From: Vicinamibacteria bacterium
Lineage (GTDB): Bacteria > Acidobacteriota > Vicinamibacteria > Marinacidobacterales > Marinacidobacteraceae
Length of the DNA stretch: 64,000 bases
Direction of reading: 5' to 3'
NCBI GenBank assembly: GCA_963422395.1
Contig: OY729431.1
Location: 32,001-96,000 of the forward strand
In this document: positions 40,096 through 51,700 of the stretch, one piece after another
Layout: the number at the start of each line of letters is the position of its first letter
Position numbering within the stretch: position 1 is the first letter of the stretch
Notes under the pieces: generated by a model
Database searches by the model: none
What the model saw: only the letters and a program-made list of their open reading frames with translations
Told to the model about the DNA's origin: nothing
Program-made: the position numbers and the translations under genes

Positions 40096-40467
40096 GGGGG
40101 CGCACTGGGTTCGACGAAGGTACATGAGGCTGCGACTGCATGTCGGGGGTCCACCTCTCGTAAACGGTGGAAACAAAACACACACGCCAACACTGAACTG
40201 GCTCTGGCTGCTTAAGCCACGTCCTTCCTGACCTCGCCTGCCGGGCGGGAAAGGGCGTCGACTAGGTGGGCTTTGCCGGCGGTTCTCCCGGATCGTCGGT
40301 GAGCCTCAGGGATAGTTTCCGCAGCGCGACTCGCCGGGTCGATGCGGTGCGGAAGCGAACCGGGAAGGGCACCCTCGGGTGCGGATTCCCGAAACGACCT
40401 GGATATGCATGTAGAAGTCGCCGCGGAAGGCTTTCGGACGCGGGTTCGATTCCCGCCGCCTCCACCA
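40096..40467 (+). ncRNA. ssrA: tmRNA
   Basis: 5' GGGGGCG pairs with 3' CGCCTCC-ACCA. T-arm GGGTTCGATTCCC. Tag ORF 40186-40215 encodes ANTELALAA-stop. Confidence 0.95.
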
Positions 40468-40584
40468 TATTTTCCGCTGCGGGCGTTGTCCGCGCCCTCC
40501 TGATTTTTACGAGAGCTCTTCGATGGAATTCTCAACCTGCCCTATAGTCCTAGTCCGCCCGCTCGCGCGGGGGGGAGCTCATCG

Positions 40585-41913
40585 ATGCTGATACGGATTC
40601 GGCAGACCGGGCTGGCGGTGATCGCGGCGGCGGTGCTCCCGGCTGAACCCGCCTTCGCTCAGGAGTCGATAGGGGCGAGCGCCGCCGGCCTGGACACGAT
40701 GTTCGTCCTGGTGTCGGCTTTCCTGGTGTTCCTGATGCAAGCAGGGTTCGGGATGCTCGAAGCGGGGTTCATCCGGGCGAAGAACGCCTCGAACATCCTC
40801 ACGAAGAACTTCCTCGACTATTGCCTCGCATCCCTCGGCTTCTTCATCTTCGGATACGCCATCATGTTCTCGGAAGGGAATTCGCTGTTCGGAACCAGCG
40901 GCTTCCTGATGGTGGGGGCCGAATCTCCCGTCGATGTTCCGCTCTGGGCGTTCTGGCTGTTCCAGGCGGCCTTTTGCAGCGCGGCGGCGACGATCGTGGC
41001 CGGCGGCATGGCGGAGAGGATGAAGTTCAACGCGTATCTCGCGTATTCGTTCATCATCTCTTCCTTCGTGTACCCGGTGGTGGGGCACTGGACCTGGGGC
41101 GGCGGCTGGCTCTCCCAGATCGGCTTCTTCGACTTCGCCGGCTCCACCGTGGTCCATCTGACCGGCGGCGCCACAGCGCTGGTGGGGGCGTGGCTCCTGG
41201 GCCCGCGCCTCGGCCGTTTCAACGCTGACGGCACGGCGAACTTCATCGCCGGCCACTCGGTGCCCCTGGCCTCGCTGGGCGTGTTCATCCTCTGGTTCGG
41301 CTGGTTCGGGTTCAACGTCGGGTCGAACCTGACGGTGGGTTCCGGCGAGACGATCTCGCTGATCGCCATCAACACGAATCTGGCAGCGGCCTCCGGTGCG
41401 GTAACCACCACTTTCCTGGCGTGGATCGTCCACGGCAAGCCGGACCTGTTCTTCACGATGAACGGCGCCCTGGCCGGATTGGTCTCGATCACCGCCCCTT
41501 GCGCCGCGGTGAGTCCTTCAGCCTCCATCTGGATCGGTGCGATCGGCGGTTTCGTCGTCCTCTTCGCAGTTTCGATACTGACCAAATTGCGCATCGACGA
41601 CCCCTGCGGTGCATTTCCGGTTCACGGAGCGTGCGGACTCTGGGGTACCCTTTGCGTCGGACTCTGGGGTCGCGAGTCGTTCGGGGTGGCGAATAACGGT
41701 CTCTTCTACGGTGGCGGATTCGAGCAGTTGGGAATCCAGGCGCTCGGCGGTCTCTCCACCGCCGTCTTCATCGCGGTTTCGATGGGAGCTGTGTTTCTGG
41801 CGATCAAATCTCTCTTCGGCCTCCGGGTCTCCCGGATCGAAGAGATTCGCGGTCTCGACGAAAACGAACACGGCATGGAGTCCTACACCGGGTTCCAGAT
41901 CCTGGGTTCCTGA
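40585..41913 (+). CDS. amt: Ammonium transporter
   Basis: MQAGF, GGMAER, DFAGSTVVH, LWFGWFGFN, NGALAGLV.IT and DDP...PVHG; the twin-His pair is intact. Confidence 0.95.
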   Translation: MLIRIRQTGLAVIAAAVLPAEPAFAQESIGASAAGLDTMFVLVSAFLVFLMQAGFGMLEAGFIRAKNASNILTKNFLDYCLASLGFFIFGYAIMFSEGNSLFGTSGFLMVGAESPVDVPLWAFWLFQAAFCSAAATIVAGGMAERMKFNAYLAYSFIISSFVYPVVGHWTWGGGWLSQIGFFDFAGSTVVHLTGGATALVGAWLLGPRLGRFNADGTANFIAGHSVPLASLGVFILWFGWFGFNVGSNLTVGSGETISLIAINTNLAAASGAVTTTFLAWIVHGKPDLFFTMNGALAGLVSITAPCAAVSPSASIWIGAIGGFVVLFAVSILTKLRIDDPCGAFPVHGACGLWGTLCVGLWGRESFGVANNGLFYGGGFEQLGIQALGGLSTAVFIAVSMGAVFLAIKSLFGLRVSRIEEIRGLDENEHGMESYTGFQILGS

Positions 41914-41965
41914 GGAAATCTCCTTCGAGAGCATCCGCGACCACCCAGACTATGAGCACGACACC

Positions 41966-42307
41966 ATGAAAATGATCACCGCGATGATCCAGCCCGAAGT
42001 CCTTCCCATGGTGGAAGAAGAGCTCTTTTCCGCCCAGATCAAGAGGTTCTCGGTGACCGCTGCCGTCGGCCACGGGACGCGGAAGGGCTATACCGCGACT
42101 TTCGGCGGCGTGCAGATGCAGGTGGATGTGCTGAAGCACGCCCGGGTCGATGTCGCGGTGAACGAGGACTATGTGGATCGGGCGGTGGCCGCGATCCTTC
42201 GAGGCGCCCGGGTCAGCGGTGAGGGCGAGGGGAAGATCTTCATCACCGACCTCCACGACTGCATCCGCATCCGCACCGGCCAGCGCGGCGCACAGGCAGT
42301 CGGCTGA
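41966..42307 (+). CDS. glnK: P-II family nitrogen regulator (divergent)
   Basis: MKMITAMIQP, G.G..KG, GKIF and RIRTG. Lies between amt and glnA. Confidence 0.88.
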   Translation: MKMITAMIQPEVLPMVEEELFSAQIKRFSVTAAVGHGTRKGYTATFGGVQMQVDVLKHARVDVAVNEDYVDRAVAAILRGARVSGEGEGKIFITDLHDCIRIRTGQRGAQAVG

Positions 42308-42318
42308 AGGCATTCCGG

Positions 42319-43734
<1,416 letters not shown>

Positions 43735-43821
43735 CAGCACGGCCGGGGCGTAAGTCGGGAGAGTTGGTACGATGAAAATCTCGTCGCCGATCCAGGAGAC
43801 GCCTTTCAGGGAGACGATCTG

Positions 43822-45075
43822 ATGACTCCAGGAACTATCGGGATCGCCATGGCCTTGGGAATGGCCGGGGTCCTCGCGCTCCTCGCCTTCATCAAGACCC
43901 ATGTCGTGGTCTGCGCACCGAACGAAGCGGTGATCTTTTCCGGTCGGAAGAAAGGGTTCCGCGTCATTCGCGGCGGCCGCGGGTTCCGCCGGCCCCTCAT
44001 CGAAACCGTCTCCCGAATCTCTCTGAACACGATTCCCATCGATGTGAAAGTCCAGAAGGCGCTCTCCGCCGGCATGATCTCGCTCGATGTCGAGGGCATC
44101 GCCACCGTCAAGATCTCGGGGAAGACCGGCAGCGGCCTCGAAAATGCGGTGGAGCGTTTCTTGGGGAAGAGCTCTCACGAGATCCAGACCGTCGCTCGGC
44201 AGACCCTGGAGGGAAGCCTGCGCGGCGTCCTCGCCACCCGGACCCCGGAAGACGCGAACGCCGGCCGCTTGGCGGTCTCCGAGGAGACTTCCGAGGCCGT
44301 CCGTGCCGACTTCGACCGCCTCGGGCTCGTGCTCGATACCTTCAAGATCCAGAACCTGTCCGACAGCGAGGGATACCTCGACGCCATCGGCCGCAAGCGG
44401 AGCGCCCTGGTGCAGCGGGACGCGAAGGTCGCCGAGGCGCGCGCCGAATCCGAGGCGCGGGATGTGGCGGCGACCTCCAAGCGAGACGCCGTAGTCGCCG
44501 AAACCAGTGCGGAAGGGGCGATCGTGGACGCCGAACACGGCGTGCGGATCCGCCGCGCCGAACGGTCCGCCGAAGCGAATCGTGCCGAGGAAATCGCCGA
44601 GATCGCAAGGGCCATCGCGCGCGCCGAGGAGGGGCGCCGTCTGGAGGAGATTCGTGGGGAGCGCAACAAATTGCGCGAGCTCGCGAACACCATCGTCCCC
44701 GCCGAAGCGGCCAGCAAGGCCAAGGCGCTCGCCGCCGAAGGCGATGCCGCCCGCATCCGGGAAAACGGCAAGGCGACCGCCGACGCCTTGGGTCGGATCA
44801 AGCAGCAGTGGACCGACGAAGAGACCCGGGAGATCATGCTGCTGCAGATGCTCCCGCAGATCCTCGACAAGGTCACCCGGGTTCTGCAAGAAAACCTCCA
44901 TGTCGAGCGCCTCACGGTGGTGGACACCGGAGACGGCGAGGGGCTGGGGAACCATGTGCGCGGTCTGACCGGCTCCATCGCCGCCTTCCTCGAAGAGCTG
45001 AAGACCTCGACCGGAGTCGATGTCCCCGCGCTGCTCTCGGGCGACCGGAAGAACAACCTGAAAACATCCGCCTGA
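43822..45075 (+). CDS. Flotillin / SPFH (band 7) domain protein
   Basis: N-terminal TM segment, PNEAVIFSG, LEGSLRG, YLDAIGR and an Ala/Glu coiled coil. Confidence 0.88.
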   Translation: MTPGTIGIAMALGMAGVLALLAFIKTHVVVCAPNEAVIFSGRKKGFRVIRGGRGFRRPLIETVSRISLNTIPIDVKVQKALSAGMISLDVEGIATVKISGKTGSGLENAVERFLGKSSHEIQTVARQTLEGSLRGVLATRTPEDANAGRLAVSEETSEAVRADFDRLGLVLDTFKIQNLSDSEGYLDAIGRKRSALVQRDAKVAEARAESEARDVAATSKRDAVVAETSAEGAIVDAEHGVRIRRAERSAEANRAEEIAEIARAIARAEEGRRLEEIRGERNKLRELANTIVPAEAASKAKALAAEGDAARIRENGKATADALGRIKQQWTDEETREIMLLQMLPQILDKVTRVLQENLHVERLTVVDTGDGEGLGNHVRGLTGSIAAFLEELKTSTGVDVPALLSGDRKNNLKTSA

Positions 45076-45099
45076 AGCTCTGCGCCGCGAGGCGCGCCT

Positions 45100-45630
45100 T
45101 CAAGCGGCCGACGGTTTCGCGGCGGGCCGGTCCCGGGCGGATTCCAAAATGGATTCAAGGTCTTCGGGCTTCGTACAGACCGCCGAGGCCCACCTTCCGA
45201 ACCCCCGGTCCTGGTTGACGGCTTTCACCCATTCCCGGAGAGCGTCGTTCTTCTCTTTCGCCGCCTCGGTGACTCGGCCCTTGATCTCGAGGATCAGCGT
45301 GAGGCCGGTCTGGAACCGAACCAGGAAGTCGGGCCGGTACTTCCGCACGACACCGCGCCAGACATAGAAGATCTCGAACCCGAGATGGTCGTTCTTGACC
45401 CAGGCATCCACTCCCGAATGGGCATCGAGTGCTCGGGCCGCCTGCTCTTCCCAGCTGCTGTCGCAGACTGCAACAGCGATGTGGCTCTTCCGGGTCGGTC
45501 GGCAAGGGCGCAGGGTCTCCCAGACTCTCATGTCGGAAGTGGAGGAGATCGGGCGTTCGGAATCGAAGATCGGGATCGATCGGGTGGAGCTGTTGCGGCG
45601 GATCGCCTTCTTCAGGTGGAGGACCACCTC
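45100..45630 (-). pseudogene. C-terminal fragment of a type III restriction (Res-like) endonuclease
   Basis: SHI..AVCDSSWE, WVKNDHLGFEI.Y and YRPDF...LEIKG (PD-(D/E)xK). No helicase portion. Confidence 0.75.
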
Positions 45631-45819
45631 CCGACCGGCGGGTTGTTGAGCCGCGCGGCGCCGGGATGCCGATAGCTGTCGATCGACGGCCGCGGTTTCT
45701 TCATCGCCGGCGCTCTGGCCGGGAGCCTTCTTCCCGCGATTCCGGCCGGCGCCCGACCGCAACCGGCAGCACTTCCACCATTTTTCCAATACCTTCTTTT
45801 TCCAACCCGCCTCGGGGGC

Positions 45820-46479
45820 TCAGCCCTCCCGGAGGAGGCGGCAGGCGCGGGTGGTGTTGAAGACCCCGCAGGAACAGAAACGGGCCATCGCCTCGGCACA
45901 GTCTTCGGGCGAGCGCCGCCCGGTGCGCACCCGGTCCAGCATCTTGCGAGCGAAGCCGAAGGACAGCATCCCGTGGCCGCACATCGTGGAGAGCGACAGG
46001 GCGGCGCGGTCGGGAAGCCGGTCGAGGTTTCCGAAGAACCCGAGGGAGTACTCGACGCTGTGCCGGACGATGCCGGCGCGGCGGGCGAGCTCGGCGGCGC
46101 GCTCGGTCAGGCCGCTCACATTGACGGAGATGCCGAGGTCGGCTTCCCGGAGATCGGCGAGGAACGCGATCAGCGGCTCTTCGGCGTCGAAGACCGCCGA
46201 GACCACCGTCGGAGCCCGGATCCCCTGCCGGACCGCCTCCCCCCGGAGGCGCTTGCGCCGCCGCCAGTGGGCGAGCGGATTCAGCCGCGAAGCACGGAAG
46301 ATCCCTCCCCGGGTGGCGTCGCCGAGGTTGACGGGTCGGTGCCGGAGGGCGATTTCGGTGAACCGGCGCAGCTTCTCCACCGAGCCTTTCTCGTTGATAC
46401 CGCGCGCGGCCATCGCGAAGACGATGTAGTCGTCGGCGAGCGTTTCCGGCGCACCGTAGCGATGGAGGGTGTTCGTCAT
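45820..46479 (-). CDS. Conserved hypothetical protein with C-terminal Cys/His cluster
   Basis: MTNTLHR...DDYIVF, then TMCGHGM...CSCGVFN. Confidence 0.7.
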   Translation of the reverse strand: MTNTLHRYGAPETLADDYIVFAMAARGINEKGSVEKLRRFTEIALRHRPVNLGDATRGGIFRASRLNPLAHWRRRKRLRGEAVRQGIRAPTVVSAVFDAEEPLIAFLADLREADLGISVNVSGLTERAAELARRAGIVRHSVEYSLGFFGNLDRLPDRAALSLSTMCGHGMLSFGFARKMLDRVRTGRRSPEDCAEAMARFCSCGVFNTTRACRLLREG

Positions 46480-46699
46480 GCGTCTTCGCCACTCGTTTGC
46501 GTCATGCACCTTCCGGGGGCTGGGGCAGCTCGCGGACGGCCAGCATCTCGCCGCCGGTCACGGTGATGATAAGGACCGCGATGCGGCCGGCGTAAAGGCG
46601 CGGAATTCCGCAGCCGAGTGCCGGTCCCGGTATCCCCGCGGGAGGCACCGAGGGGACGCGGACCGCCAACGGGACGAAAAGGAACGATAGAGTGGGGGA

Positions 46700-47143
46700 G
46701 TGACCCCGGAACTCATCGCTATCCTCGCGGTAGGGGTCGGGCTCGCGGGCCTGCTCATCAGCGGCCAGCGCTCGGCCGCAGGAGACCGCCAGGCCATCCG
46801 AGAGGAGCTTCGCTCCGGTTTCCAGGCCGCCGCAGGAGACCGCCAGGCCATCCGAGAGGAGCTTCGCTCCGGTTTCCAGGCCGCCGCAGGAGACCGCCAG
46901 GCCATCCGAGAGGAGCTTCGCTCCGATTTCCAGGCCGCCGCAGGAGACCGCCAGGCCATCCGAGAGGAGCTTCGCTCCGGTTTCCAGGCCGCCGCCGAAG
47001 ACCGCCAGGCCATCCGGCAGGAACTCGCCGCGATTCAGGCCGATCTCCACACTCTGGGGGAACGCATCGCCCGGCTCGAAGGGGCTTTCCCGTTCCTCGC
47101 CGCCCGGTCGGCTCCGCCGGACAGTCAGCAGCGCCCCACCTGA
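46700..47143 (+). CDS. Small membrane-anchored coiled-coil protein with 18-aa tandem repeats
   Basis: N-terminal TM segment, about 4.5 copies of AAAGDRQAIREELRSGFQ, then ERIARLEG. Confidence 0.75.
   Translation: MTPELIAILAVGVGLAGLLISGQRSAAGDRQAIREELRSGFQAAAGDRQAIREELRSGFQAAAGDRQAIREELRSDFQAAAGDRQAIREELRSGFQAAAEDRQAIRQELAAIQADLHTLGERIARLEGAFPFLAARSAPPDSQQRPT
46775..47015 (+). repeat. 54-bp in-frame tandem repeat, about 4.5 copies
   Basis: Near-identical units of GCCGCAGGAGACCGCCAGGCCATCCGAGAGGAGCTTCGCTCCGGTTTCCAGGCC. Confidence 0.92.
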
Positions 47144-47260
47144 TCGGACCCCATACCGGCGAACCGCACCAGAAGCCGCCCCTTCCCGGAATCGTCCCCG
47201 GGCGGGCGCCCACCAAGCGCCGCAGCAGCGCCCGGCGGGCCCCATAGAATCTTCCGAACG

Positions 47261-48646
47261 ATGGGCCTCCGCAGCTGGATTTCGGTTCCTGTTCCGCCGC
47301 CGGGGGACACCGAGGGGCCGACAGATGGCCTGACGGGCGGTTGGCCGGCGCACCGCGACCCCCCGGGAGGCCGGCCCTGGAGGCTCTTCCTGAGCGCCGA
47401 TGGGCGCGCCGCTGCCGGGAATGTGCCCGCGGCGGTCGCGCCGCCCGCGATGGAGGACCTGCCGCTCGACCTCGAAGAGCTCGGCCCCTTGCCCGAAGAC
47501 GCCGCGGTTCTAGTGCTCGAGGACTTCCATCGGGCGTTCCCCTGCCGCGCGCCGCTGCCGGGGAGGCGTGCCGGCGGGCCGCCGCCGGTCCCCGCACTCG
47601 CCACCCCCGCGTATGTGCTCGCTCGCCTGACCCGCCTCGGCGCCGGCGAGCGGGAACTGATCGCCTCCGCACGAGAAGACGAATTGGTGCTGCGGGCGTC
47701 CGACCTGCTCGCCGGACGCGGGGCCGCCTGCCAGCTCGAAGTGCGTCGGGAGCCCTCGCCGCCCGCCGCGGCGGCGGCGGTCTCGGGGCCCGGGCCGGCG
47801 GCCCTCGCGCAAGCGGCCGATGCGGCGGCCCTGCGGCGGATCGCAATCCACGCGCCCGAGGCGGCGGTGCGGGCTCGAGCGGCCGAAGCCGCGGCCGCGG
47901 CCGACGACGCGAACGCCGTCGGCCAGCTGCTCGCCGGGTGTTCGCTCGTCGAGCGAAAGCGGCCGGCGGAAGCAGCAGACGCCTTCCGCCGCGCCCTCGA
48001 ACGAGACCCGGAGTTCGCCGCCGCGCATTTCGAACTCGGCAAGACGATGATCGTGCTCGACGACCTGGAGGCGGCGCTGGCGTCCTTTCGCCGCACCAGC
48101 GAAACCCTCCCGGAGTTCGCCCCCGGCTGGGCGAATGCGGGGGCGGCGCTCGGCGAACTCGAGCGTCCCGGGGAAGCGCTCCCCGACCTGGAACAGGCCG
48201 CCGGCCTCGACCCGCTCAGCCACTCGCTGGCCTCGAACCTCGGCGTCACCCTCCGGGACCTGGGGCGGCTCGAGGAAGCGGAGACCGCCTTCCGGCGGGC
48301 GCTGGAATTGGCGCCCGACTTCGTGTTCGGTCACTACAACCTGGCGAACGCGGTCTATCTGCGAGGCCGCCACCGGGAAGCGGTGGAGCTCTTCGAGAAG
48401 GCGCGCTCCTTGGACCCGTCGGGGTCCGCCCGCCAGCATCTCCTGCTGGCTGCCGCTCGGCTCGCCGCCGGGGACGAGCTCGGCGCGTTTCGGGACTACC
48501 GCGCGGTCTTCGAGGGGCTCGAGGGGCAGATGCGGCTCGACATGCGGACCGTCGCGCAGTGGGACCTGCGGCGCCTCGCCGAGCGCACCGGAATCAGCCC
48601 GGCGCTCCGCCGCACCGCTGCCTTCCTCCGCACGCTGCGGGCCTGA
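47261..48646 (+). CDS. Tetratricopeptide repeat protein
   Basis: About five consecutive TPR motifs (e.g. AFRRALERDPEFAAAHFELG, AFRRALELAPDFVFGHYNLA). Confidence 0.82.
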   Translation: MGLRSWISVPVPPPGDTEGPTDGLTGGWPAHRDPPGGRPWRLFLSADGRAAAGNVPAAVAPPAMEDLPLDLEELGPLPEDAAVLVLEDFHRAFPCRAPLPGRRAGGPPPVPALATPAYVLARLTRLGAGERELIASAREDELVLRASDLLAGRGAACQLEVRREPSPPAAAAAVSGPGPAALAQAADAAALRRIAIHAPEAAVRARAAEAAAAADDANAVGQLLAGCSLVERKRPAEAADAFRRALERDPEFAAAHFELGKTMIVLDDLEAALASFRRTSETLPEFAPGWANAGAALGELERPGEALPDLEQAAGLDPLSHSLASNLGVTLRDLGRLEEAETAFRRALELAPDFVFGHYNLANAVYLRGRHREAVELFEKARSLDPSGSARQHLLLAAARLAAGDELGAFRDYRAVFEGLEGQMRLDMRTVAQWDLRRLAERTGISPALRRTAAFLRTLRA

Positions 48647-48783
48647 TTCCCGTTCGACTTCCCTCCGTTCGGCTTCCCTCCCATTTGACTTCCTATCGGC
48701 CAGTCCGTATAAGGACGAGCTCCGCTGTCGATGCTCCGACCGGGCACTCGGCGGCCACTCCCGGAGCCACGGAGATCCTCCCG

Positions 48784-50304
48784 ATGCAATCCCCGACCAA
48801 ATCCTTTTCCGCCCCACCGAAGCAAAACCCCGAAGGGTTCGGAGTTCGCCCGCTCCTCGCCGGCGCCGCCGCGCTCCTGCTGCTCGCCGGACTCGCTCCT
48901 GCACAAGAAGAAACCGCACGAGAAGAACAGGAGGCAGCGGCGAAGCCCACGGAGGGCAAGACCCATCCGCTGCTCCCCGCGCACGATGTGCTGAACGAGT
49001 TCGGGGTCATCAGCTCGAGCGGCCACGACGACGGCGGCTGGAATCTGCCCCCGGAACTGCGGGTCCCGGAGCAGTACCAGTACCGGCGGCGCGATCAGCA
49101 GCTGAAGGAAGTGGATCTCACCGGCAACCAATTGCCTCCGGTATTGACCGAGATGCGGGTGCTCAGCAAGGAAGTGGCGCCCGGCGGTGAAGTGCGCGCT
49201 ATCGCCCGGGTGGTGTCCCCGTACAACAAGGCGCAGTCGTTCGTGTCGCTGTTCTACAACCGAGAGCTCGGGCGGGCAGCCACCATGTATGTGAACTTCA
49301 AGCCGAACGAGAAGGACGACACCCTCTTCCTCGGCCGCGGCAAGCTTTCGCGCTTCGCCGCCCCGGGGCGATATGTGGTCGGCACCACGATCATCGCCGA
49401 CGAGGTGGGCGACCGAAAGGCCTACTGGGCAGACTTCCATGAGCCGATGCAGGAGGAGGACGGCCAGCCGATCGGGTTCCTGGTGAGCCAAGGGGACAGC
49501 GTGGACATCACCGCGCCGGTGCTCCAGTCGGTCGAGATCCAGACCGAACGGGTGCGCGCCGGAGGCGGACTGATCCAGTACAGCGTGCTGGCCGAGGACG
49601 ATGTGTCGGGGCCGACCGAGGCGGAGACCGTGTGGGTGTCTCCGAGCGGCTACCACCAGATCCGCTCCACCATGGTCATGGTCGGCGGTCAGCCGGGGCT
49701 CTTCCGGGGCGCGCTCCAGATCCCCCAGTGGTACGAAGGCGGCGAGTGGCAGCTGATGCGGGTGTCGCTCAAGGACAACGCGACGAACATCCGTTACTAC
49801 TTCAACCGCACCGAGCCGCTGATGGAGGGCGCCACCGTCCAGGTGGAACAGGAGGAAGAAATGGTGGATCAGACGGCGGCGAGAGTTCTCGCGGTCCAGT
49901 TCACCAAGAACGAGGCCAAGCTGGGCGAACAGGTGGGGATCACCGTGCTCGCCGAGGACGACCTGTCCGGCGTCCACGGCATCGAGGGGTACGTCCGGTC
50001 GCCGAACGGCGCCGACGCGGTGAAGGTGAAGCTCAAGAGCATGACCCCCGAGATGGGCGGCTATGTGGCGCTGAACCGACCCTCGAAGCTGCCGGAGCCC
50101 CACATCTGGACCGGCTCCTTCACCGTGACCGACACGATGGAGTGGGGCGAGTGGGAGCTGGTGCGGCTCGGCATCTCCGACGCCGCGCGGAATTTCTACA
50201 CCTATTACGAGGGCCGGGACCCCGAGATCGACGGGATCCGGGTCCGGTTCTACGATGAAGACACCGAGACCGCCGAAGAAGGCGGCGAGGAGGGTCCACG
50301 ATGA
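48784..50304 (+). CDS. Secreted hypothetical protein with three repeated beta-rich (Ig-like) modules
   Basis: Signal peptide LLAGAAALLLLAGLAPAQ. Repeats of the pattern DxTAPVL..V....AEDDxSG...SPxG...GEWxL..xxxD.AxN. Confidence 0.75.
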   Translation: MQSPTKSFSAPPKQNPEGFGVRPLLAGAAALLLLAGLAPAQEETAREEQEAAAKPTEGKTHPLLPAHDVLNEFGVISSSGHDDGGWNLPPELRVPEQYQYRRRDQQLKEVDLTGNQLPPVLTEMRVLSKEVAPGGEVRAIARVVSPYNKAQSFVSLFYNRELGRAATMYVNFKPNEKDDTLFLGRGKLSRFAAPGRYVVGTTIIADEVGDRKAYWADFHEPMQEEDGQPIGFLVSQGDSVDITAPVLQSVEIQTERVRAGGGLIQYSVLAEDDVSGPTEAETVWVSPSGYHQIRSTMVMVGGQPGLFRGALQIPQWYEGGEWQLMRVSLKDNATNIRYYFNRTEPLMEGATVQVEQEEEMVDQTAARVLAVQFTKNEAKLGEQVGITVLAEDDLSGVHGIEGYVRSPNGADAVKVKLKSMTPEMGGYVALNRPSKLPEPHIWTGSFTVTDTMEWGEWELVRLGISDAARNFYTYYEGRDPEIDGIRVRFYDEDTETAEEGGEEGPR

Positions 50305-51653
50305 AGGCCAACACCCCCCCGGGCCGGTTGGACCGGCGCGATTTCTTCAAATTGGGCGCTGCAGCGAGCGCCGGGGCGGTGCTTTCCACCCGGAACGCCG
50401 CCGGGAGCCCGATCTTCGAGGCGGGCGCCGGGATCCCGCAGGGCGGAATGATCCTGCCGGAGAACCCCGGCTTCCAGACGAAGCACCTGGTGACGGTCAT
50501 CCTGGGCAATGGCGCCCGGAAGATCGATGTCATCGACAACCCGGAGCACTCGCCCTTCCAGACGAAGATGGCGGCCGAAGGCACCGTCTTCACCGAGGAC
50601 TACGGCGAGACCGCGAACCTCCACGGCTACATGTACACCGAGGTGCTGAGTGGACGCGACGCTCCGGCGCAGCGGCCCCGCTATCCCACCTGGGCCGAGT
50701 ACATCCGCAAGAAGGCGGGCGGCAGGGCGACCGACTTCTGGACCCTGCAGAGTGCGTCCTACTACCGCGCCTGGACCTGGGATGTGAAGCATTTCAGCCA
50801 GCATCCCGAGTACGGGGTGCAGCACGGCTCCACGAGCCTCACGATGAACCGGATCTTCTATCCGGAACAGCAGCTCGATGCGGCGCAGATCGTGGATCTC
50901 AATGTGGAGAAGGGCCTGGGACACACCCCCGGGGAACGCAAACAGGTCGAGGACTTCATCGCCGGAGTGCTCGAGCGGAAGTCCTACACGCCGCCCTCGA
51001 CGCGGGAGCCGGTCATCGACCGGGAGATTCCGTACGGGGACGCGCAGGTGCTCACTCTGGTGCCCCAAATCCTCAAGGAGTTCAAGCCGCGGTCCATCAC
51101 AGCGCAGATCCTCGCTCTCGACGACGCGCACGCCGACTTCGGGTTCTGGGACTACAACACGGACTACTGGGAGTACATCAAGCACATCAAGACCACCGAT
51201 GAGCTGATCGGCAATCTCTGGAGCGAGATCCAGTCCGATCCGTATCTCCGGGACACCACCGCGCTGGTGATCCGCCCCGAGTGCGGCCGCGACGACGAAG
51301 TGAACATCTACGGGCAGCTGGGCCACAGTCCGGGCAATTACTACGCCCACTATGTATGGCTCATGGCGCTCGGCCCCGACTTCAAGAAGGGACACACCGT
51401 GACCGAGCGGGTGCAGCGGCGGGATGTGGTTCCGACGCTGACCTACCTCATGTCCGGGGAGAACGCCGAGTACGCCACCGGCCATGTCCGGACCCAGATG
51501 TTCCGAGACGAGTACCAGCTGCCTCCATACATCCTCCCGCCCACCGCCGAGGTGAAGGAACCAGCAGTGGATTGGGAGAAAATCGTCGAAGAGCGCCGGA
51601 CCGCCGAGAAGATCAAAGAGTTCGCACGTTCCACGGTGGGCTACGGCGGCTGA
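50301..51653 (+). CDS. Tat-exported alkaline-phosphatase-superfamily-like protein
   Basis: Tat motif DRRDFFK. Core elements DDAH, DELIGNLW, TTALVIRPECGR, ALGPDF and DVVPTL. ATGA overlap with the previous gene. Confidence 0.7.
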   Translation: MKANTPPGRLDRRDFFKLGAAASAGAVLSTRNAAGSPIFEAGAGIPQGGMILPENPGFQTKHLVTVILGNGARKIDVIDNPEHSPFQTKMAAEGTVFTEDYGETANLHGYMYTEVLSGRDAPAQRPRYPTWAEYIRKKAGGRATDFWTLQSASYYRAWTWDVKHFSQHPEYGVQHGSTSLTMNRIFYPEQQLDAAQIVDLNVEKGLGHTPGERKQVEDFIAGVLERKSYTPPSTREPVIDREIPYGDAQVLTLVPQILKEFKPRSITAQILALDDAHADFGFWDYNTDYWEYIKHIKTTDELIGNLWSEIQSDPYLRDTTALVIRPECGRDDEVNIYGQLGHSPGNYYAHYVWLMALGPDFKKGHTVTERVQRRDVVPTLTYLMSGENAEYATGHVRTQMFRDEYQLPPYILPPTAEVKEPAVDWEKIVEERRTAEKIKEFARSTVGYGG

Positions 51654-51700
51654 CCCGGAGCCTCACGATTCCTGACCGATCACCAAGGAGATCATCGAAA

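Noticed and set aside
40468-40584. Sigma54 promoter for amt-glnK-glnA
   Set aside because: No convincing TGGCAC-N5-TTGC was found; only a possible TATAGT -10 element.
40430-40585. tRNA gene or element integrated at the tmRNA 3' end
   Set aside because: The T-arm and CCA belong to the tmRNA. No integrase or duplicated att sequence was seen downstream.
46775-47015. Possible CRISPR array
   Set aside because: The repeats are contiguous with no spacers, lie in frame within a CDS, and no cas genes are present.
47341-48783. N-terminal half of the 987-aa ORF
   Set aside because: Out-of-frame overlap with the TPR gene; the signal peptide begins only after 48784.
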